DNA of 38,198 nucleotides from Alphaproteobacteria bacterium (GTDB lineage Bacteria; Pseudomonadota; Alphaproteobacteria; GCA-2731375): NCBI GenBank assembly GCA_965232515.1, contig CBDDPY010000001.1, positions 1 to 38,198 of the forward strand, read 5' to 3'. Shown piece by piece: positions 34,159 to 38,198 of this stretch (position 1 is its first letter; each line of letters starts with the position of its first letter). The notes under the pieces were generated by a model. It saw only the letters and a program-made list of their open reading frames with translations, ran no database searches and was not told where the DNA came from. The position numbers and the translations under genes were made by a program.

Positions 34159-34614
34159 ATGAGATCGTCTGGATTGTCGATGGCGGCTGTGACCGCGGCG
34201 TTGGTTGTGGGTTTCTCCTTTGCTGTACCGGCCAAGGCCAGCGAATGGGGGTGTAAGGTGCTGCTCTGTCTCGCCTCGCCGGGCAGTCCGACACAGTATT
34301 CCGCCTGCGTCCCGCCGATCAAAAAGCTGTGGAAGCATCTTGCCGCAGGTCGCAGCTTCCCGAGTTGTGACTTCGTGGAGGCAAATACCAGCGTGGCGCG
34401 TGGCTACGAGCGCTACCTACCGTGCCGTGATGGGTTCGTCTTTATCCGCGGCGATCGACGCGATGGGGAGGCCGACATCTGCCGCAGCACCACCCGTACC
34501 CACGTGGGCCGGGATGGCTCCACCTATCAAAAGTACAGCGCGATCCGGAGACCGAAGCCCCGATGGATCGAGCTGACCGTCGACGGCCGACGCTATGGCC
34601 GGCACTACTATTGA
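34159..34614 (+). CDS. Exported Cys-rich conjugation-associated protein (TrbM/KikA-like)
   Basis: AAGGAG RBS, signal peptide, WGCKVLLCL..CVPPI..FPSC. Confidence 0.65.
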   Translation: MRSSGLSMAAVTAALVVGFSFAVPAKASEWGCKVLLCLASPGSPTQYSACVPPIKKLWKHLAAGRSFPSCDFVEANTSVARGYERYLPCRDGFVFIRGDRRDGEADICRSTTRTHVGRDGSTYQKYSAIRRPKPRWIELTVDGRRYGRHYY

Positions 34615-34874
34615 TGCATTGGCGGCCGCGCGTATGGATACCGACGTGGCTTAGCGGTCGCGTCGGTATCGTCTTGACGGCCTTGCTCACGCTCTTCGCG
34701 GCCGACCAGCTTTGGTACAAGCCGGCCGCCCGCGAGGAAGAGCACCGCCGCGAGCAGTTCAGGCAACATTGCCATGACGAGCTGGCCGCGATCCTCGCCG
34801 AAGGCGGCAGCGCGGCCGCCGAACAAATGGACGGCCGTCTTACCGGCTGCCGCTTCGGAACGCCCCTCGGTTGA
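34614..34874 (+). CDS. Small membrane-anchored hypothetical protein (86 aa)
   Basis: TGATG overlap; one TM segment. Confidence 0.6.
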   Translation: MHWRPRVWIPTWLSGRVGIVLTALLTLFAADQLWYKPAAREEEHRREQFRQHCHDELAAILAEGGSAAAEQMDGRLTGCRFGTPLG

Positions 34875-34930
34875 TCACCGCCTAGTCCCTCACAAATCGG
34901 TTGCGTACCTTGTCGAGCTTGGCCCGGCGC

Positions 34931-34984
34931 GACGGCCGGTCAAGGGCCTGCCCGCTTAACCGTGTGGCCCCTTGACCGGCCGTC
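34931..34984 (+). repeat. GGTCAAGGG...CCCTTGACC stem-loop element, copy 2
   Basis: 16-bp inverted repeat with conserved loop; upstream of 35036. Confidence 0.85.
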
Positions 34985-35035
34985 TTCTACGCCTGGCCGT
35001 CCTCTCCGCGTTGAGCAAACGATTGGAGAGGGACC

Positions 35036-35260
35036 ATGACCGACGACACCCTACCGAGCCTGACCGAACGCGAGCTGATGCGTATCCGCGACATGCCGGA
35101 GCTGTGGCCCGCGCCGACCGTCGAGCGGCCGGACATGGAGCAGATCGAGGAATGGGTTTTCGACAGCGTGTGTGAAGCCACGGACGGGTGCGAGGTCGAG
35201 CCCGACGGTATTTGCCCGCACGGCCATGTGAGCTGGCTTATCCGGCTCGGCTTGCTGTAA
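35036..35260 (+). CDS. Small putative zinc-binding protein (74 aa)
   Basis: CEATDGCEVEPDGICPHGH motif; GGAGAGGG RBS. Confidence 0.8.
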   Translation: MTDDTLPSLTERELMRIRDMPELWPAPTVERPDMEQIEEWVFDSVCEATDGCEVEPDGICPHGHVSWLIRLGLL

Positions 35261-35528
35261 CCGGCATGACGGCGGCCGCGGGCTTCGGCGCGCGGCCGCC
35301 ATGCTGTCCGGCTCTTGCCGGCGATTCGCGGACAACCCGGCTTTATGGCCGGGAATCGCCGCGCGTGATCGCGCGTAAGGGCGTCTCTCGTGGCGCTGAG
35401 GGCCGTCAGGCCGTGCCGTGGCCCATGAGCGCGGCGAGAGAGCCGCCGGCGATCCGCCGTGGCGCGTAAGTGGCCTTGCAGGGCCTCCCGTTCGGTTGAG
35501 TCAACGGCCGCCGAGGTGGCCCGCCGGC

Positions 35529-35582
35529 GCCGCCCGGTCAAGGGCCTGCCCGCTTAAACGAGTTGGCCCTTGACCGGGCGGC
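35529..35582 (+). repeat. GGTCAAGGG...CCCTTGACC stem-loop element, copy 3
   Basis: 18-bp inverted repeat with conserved loop; upstream of 35637. Confidence 0.85.
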
Positions 35583-35636
35583 TATCTCGCCGGGCCTGGC
35601 AACGCCCGTTTCGATCAACCGAACGGGAGACCTGAG

Positions 35637-35858
35637 ATGGCCGACATTGAACACCAGACCGACACCGACATCACCGTCATCGATCACGGCTCGGTGGTGG
35701 GCCTATGGCCGCACAGCGAGGCGGCGAGCGCCTGGATCGCCGAGCATGTCGCCGGCGATGCCCCATGGCTGGGGCCGTGCCTGATGGTCGAGCGACGCTA
35801 TGTCGAGCCGATCTTGCGCGGCATGGCCGATGACGGCCTGGTCATCGGCGGCCTATAG
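35637..35858 (+). CDS. Hypothetical protein (73 aa)
   Basis: GGGAG RBS; follows the repeat element. Confidence 0.75.
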   Translation: MADIEHQTDTDITVIDHGSVVGLWPHSEAASAWIAEHVAGDAPWLGPCLMVERRYVEPILRGMADDGLVIGGL

Positions 35859-35922
35859 GCCGCCGCTCTTTGCCCGGGCCTGGCCAGCCCGGCGCAAGGG
35901 TTTCGATTGACTCGCTTTGGAT

Positions 35923-35937
35923 GTTCGGTTTTTGTTC
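35923..35937 (+). promoter_or_regulatory. Alphaproteobacterial LexA (SOS) box GTTC-N7-GTTC
   Basis: GTTCGGTTTTTGTTC downstream of a TTGACT -35-like hexamer. Confidence 0.7.
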
Positions 35938-35961
35938 TCATGCTGCAGCGAGGTCATGGAG

Positions 35962-36222
35962 ATGGGCAAGCGCGTCAGGATTTGGCCCCGTGTGGTCCAG
36001 ACCGTCGGGGCAATGCAGGCCGCCGACATTCCGATGTTCGCGCGCTGCTCGCGGTGCGAGGGCACTTTCAAGGTGAACCTGGAGCTGCTGATCCGAGCCT
36101 ATGGTCCGGACTATAGCTTGCTCAACCGACGCGGCATCTGCCCGCATCTGGAGTGCGATGGAACTTGCGTGTTTTTGGTCAAGACGGGCGCTGGGGCGCC
36201 CTTCTATCCCTTGCTGGATTGA
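35962..36222 (+). CDS. Small zinc-ribbon protein, probably SOS-regulated
   Basis: CSRC..CPHLEC; LexA box upstream; start at 35956 or 35962. Confidence 0.75.
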   Translation: MGKRVRIWPRVVQTVGAMQAADIPMFARCSRCEGTFKVNLELLIRAYGPDYSLLNRRGICPHLECDGTCVFLVKTGAGAPFYPLLD

Positions 36223-36228
36223 CCGGAC

Positions 36229-36435
36229 CTATCCCTGTCCTTCTGGCGGCGGGAGCCGGTCGCGGCCCGCTTGCATCGCGGCCATATCCGCCATGCCCTC
36301 GATCCGTGCGACCCGGCGGTCGAGTTGGCGGACTTCCGTGGTCAGTTCCTTGACCGCTTCGGTCAGGGTATCGATCTTGTCTTGCTGTCTGAGAAGGTCG
36401 CGGACGCCGGTCAGAATACGATCTGTGATGCTCAC
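36229..36435 (-). CDS. Small coiled-coil protein (68 aa)
   Basis: GTGA overlap; heptad pattern ending LDRRVARIEGM. Confidence 0.75.
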   Translation of the reverse strand: MSITDRILTGVRDLLRQQDKIDTLTEAVKELTTEVRQLDRRVARIEGMADMAAMQAGRDRLPPPEGQG

Positions 36436-36713
36436 GCGCGGCCGGCCTCGTGCGACGAGCGGCGCAGTTGCGAGATCGTCTCGCGGACCGCCGTCAAGGC
36501 TTCGTCCAGCTTCCGTTCGGTACGGGCAGCAGAGGCTTCCAGTTCCTCCGCCACATGCAGCAGTACCGTTTCATCCACTTCGGCGTCGGGCTCGTAGCGG
36601 CTGACGGCGCGACGCACCAGCTCCGAAGCCGGGATGTCCAGTTGGGCAGCCCTCTCGGTGATTTCCGCCTTGTCCTCTGGCGTCAGAATGAAGGTCATGC
36701 GTTCCGTCTTCAC
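36432..36713 (-). CDS. CopG/RHH regulator with coiled-coil tail
   Basis: TERMTFILTPEDK..SELVRRAV; GAGG RBS. Confidence 0.8.
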   Translation of the reverse strand: MKTERMTFILTPEDKAEITERAAQLDIPASELVRRAVSRYEPDAEVDETVLLHVAEELEASAARTERKLDEALTAVRETISQLRRSSHEAGRA

Positions 36714-36730
36714 GGGCTTGTCCTCGGTAG

Positions 36731-36772
36731 CTTTACAAAGTGCATTATAAAGTGTGGGCCGATGCCGTTCAA
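36731..36772 (-). promoter_or_regulatory. Sigma70 promoter TTGAAC-N17-TATAAT with an overlapping palindromic operator
   Basis: -35 at 36767-36772, -10 at 36744-36749; CTTTACAA-AGTGCA-TTATAAAG at 36731-36752. Confidence 0.7.
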
Positions 36773-37023
36773 GTCAAGAGCCTGTGTCTGTAAGCCTATG
36801 AAAAACCGGCCACTTTTCGAGCCTAATCTTGCTGGTTTGAGCGGCGACCCCGAAAATTGCATCAACATAAGGTCTGTCCCCGCCAGTGCGGGGGAGCCTG
36901 GCTTCGATGTGACGGAGCTGCCAGAAGGAAAATAAACCTATTTTTGAGTGGGCATAACGGATAGCCTCTGCCGGCAACGACCTGATCGTGGCGGCCGGCC
37001 GGGCGTCGGCTGGAGATGCTGCT

Positions 37024-37344
37024 ATGACCGAACCTGATTTGCCCGACACCGACGATTGCTTTCGCGCAGCGCGCCCTTTCTGGCGGTACGTGAAGGCAGT
37101 TCTCGACGGTCTGTTCATGAGCCTTGGGGCCTTGGCCGTCATGATCACCCCTAAGCCCACCGTGGCCATGCTCCTTATCGTGATTGCTGGCGTTGTCGTC
37201 GTGAACTTAATGATTGCCATCTACCACAGGCGCCAAACAGAACCGGCGCGTGCCTTGGCCTTTAACTCCCTGCTTGTCGTCCTCGCCGGATATCTGGCCT
37301 TTCTCGCTTGGGGCTTTGTGACGGCCGATTATCGATTTCTGTAG
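37024..37344 (+). CDS. Three-TM membrane protein (106 aa)
   Basis: GGAG RBS; three hydrophobic segments. Confidence 0.7.
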   Translation: MTEPDLPDTDDCFRAARPFWRYVKAVLDGLFMSLGALAVMITPKPTVAMLLIVIAGVVVVNLMIAIYHRRQTEPARALAFNSLLVVLAGYLAFLAWGFVTADYRFL

Positions 37345-37479
37345 CTGCTCTCTGACATCTCCGGTTCATCGTTCTAACACCCTTGTTTGACAACTGGAGA
37401 AGCGTCCCTGGGTACGGGCGCCTGCCTGCCCTGGCGGGCGGGCACCGCTCATTACTCGCTAAGCCGCCGGCGGCGTCGT

Positions 37480-37760
37480 GGATCCGCGTGCGCGGATTTA
37501 CGCCGACGCTGGCGACCAACCTCCCCGAGCCCCGGCCCTTCTGAGAGCGGGCCGGGTCTCGGCCCCTACGGGTCACAATCGCAATGGCGCAGCGGCCGGA
37601 GGCCGTGGCTAAGGGGCTTCGCCCCTCGCGCCCGCCACCCTGCGGCCACCCCACGCTCAGTCGCTGCGCTCCCTGCGCGCGGGTCCCCTGCGCCTCGGGT
37701 GGCGCTTGCTACCCCCCGCTTCGCCAGCGGGTCAGGGGTTGATGCAAGGGCATCACCCCT
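37480..37760 (+). repeat. Long structured leading-region element upstream of 37792
   Basis: GGATCC palindrome (37480-37497) plus a block at 37606-37760 homologous to 11868-12022. Confidence 0.8.
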
Positions 37761-37791
37761 GAAGGGGATCGCCAGCAAGGAAGGGCTGATT

Positions 37792-38198
37792 ATGAAAGTG
37801 ACGACGGATTTCATCGTGGACGGGGACCGCTATCGTTTCGACTTCGAGCGGTGCCAGGCGAAAGACGGTTGGGCGCAGTTCGATACGGATAGCGATGCCT
37901 GGTACTACGGCCACTGGATCAATCCCTTGACGTTCCAGCTTGTTGGCTATGCCGAGGGCGATGTGACCTACCTTCAGGCCGAAAGTCCCGACGAGTTCGT
38001 GGACGAGGTGCGGCGCTGGATGGACACCATGCCGGGCGGCCGCATCGACCATATGTGCCGGCCGAAGATCATCGCCGCCTTGATCGCCCTGGGGCTGTGC
38101 AAGGAGGGCGAAGCGGCCAGGATCGAAAAACTCAACGCCCCGAAATTCTACAGCCTGCCCGGCGGCTGGACGTGGCAGCGCGTGGCCGACGAGCGGGG
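37792..38198 (+). CDS. Hypothetical protein, continuing through the circular junction to position 104
   Basis: MKVTTDFIVDGDRYRFDF..GWAQFDT..WINP..YAEGD; AAGGAAGG RBS; open to the window end. Confidence 0.8.
   Translation, partial: MKVTTDFIVDGDRYRFDFERCQAKDGWAQFDTDSDAWYYGHWINPLTFQLVGYAEGDVTYLQAESPDEFVDEVRRWMDTMPGGRIDHMCRPKIIAALIALGLCKEGEAARIEKLNAPKFYSLPGGWTWQRVADER

Overview
The window appears to be a complete circular alphaproteobacterial conjugative plasmid of about 38,188 bp. The first 10 nt (ACGAGCGGGG) repeat the last 10 nt, and the ORF starting at 37792 reads through the junction to a stop at 104. It carries a stand-alone repC replicon with a probable counter-transcript region, a parA plus ribbon-helix-helix partition pair, and an RP4-type oriT (nic between 19513 and 19512 on the minus strand) with mobC and a MOBP relaxase. 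A korA-virB2..virB11-virD4 type IV secretion operon is present, with no recognisable virB1. There is also a serine resolvase with a probable res site and a leading-region set: ParB-like, SprT-like, Ssb, DUF736, an N6-MTase-like protein and a PAPS-reductase-like protein, several preceded by repeated structured elements. The most striking element is a cas-less type I-E-like CRISPR mini-array (11534-11655, AT-rich leader to its right). Its distal 32-nt spacer matches this plasmid's own virB5 (31/32, 35/36 with flanks; the one mismatch is synonymous) next to a CCA flank rather than a canonical PAM. A second candidate system is the relaxase plus three downstream genes, including a zeta-toxin-like ATPase, which all end in -ER; three share a DPA-containing helix, suggesting co-translocated T4SS substrates. 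All family calls come from motif recognition by eye; no database searches were run.
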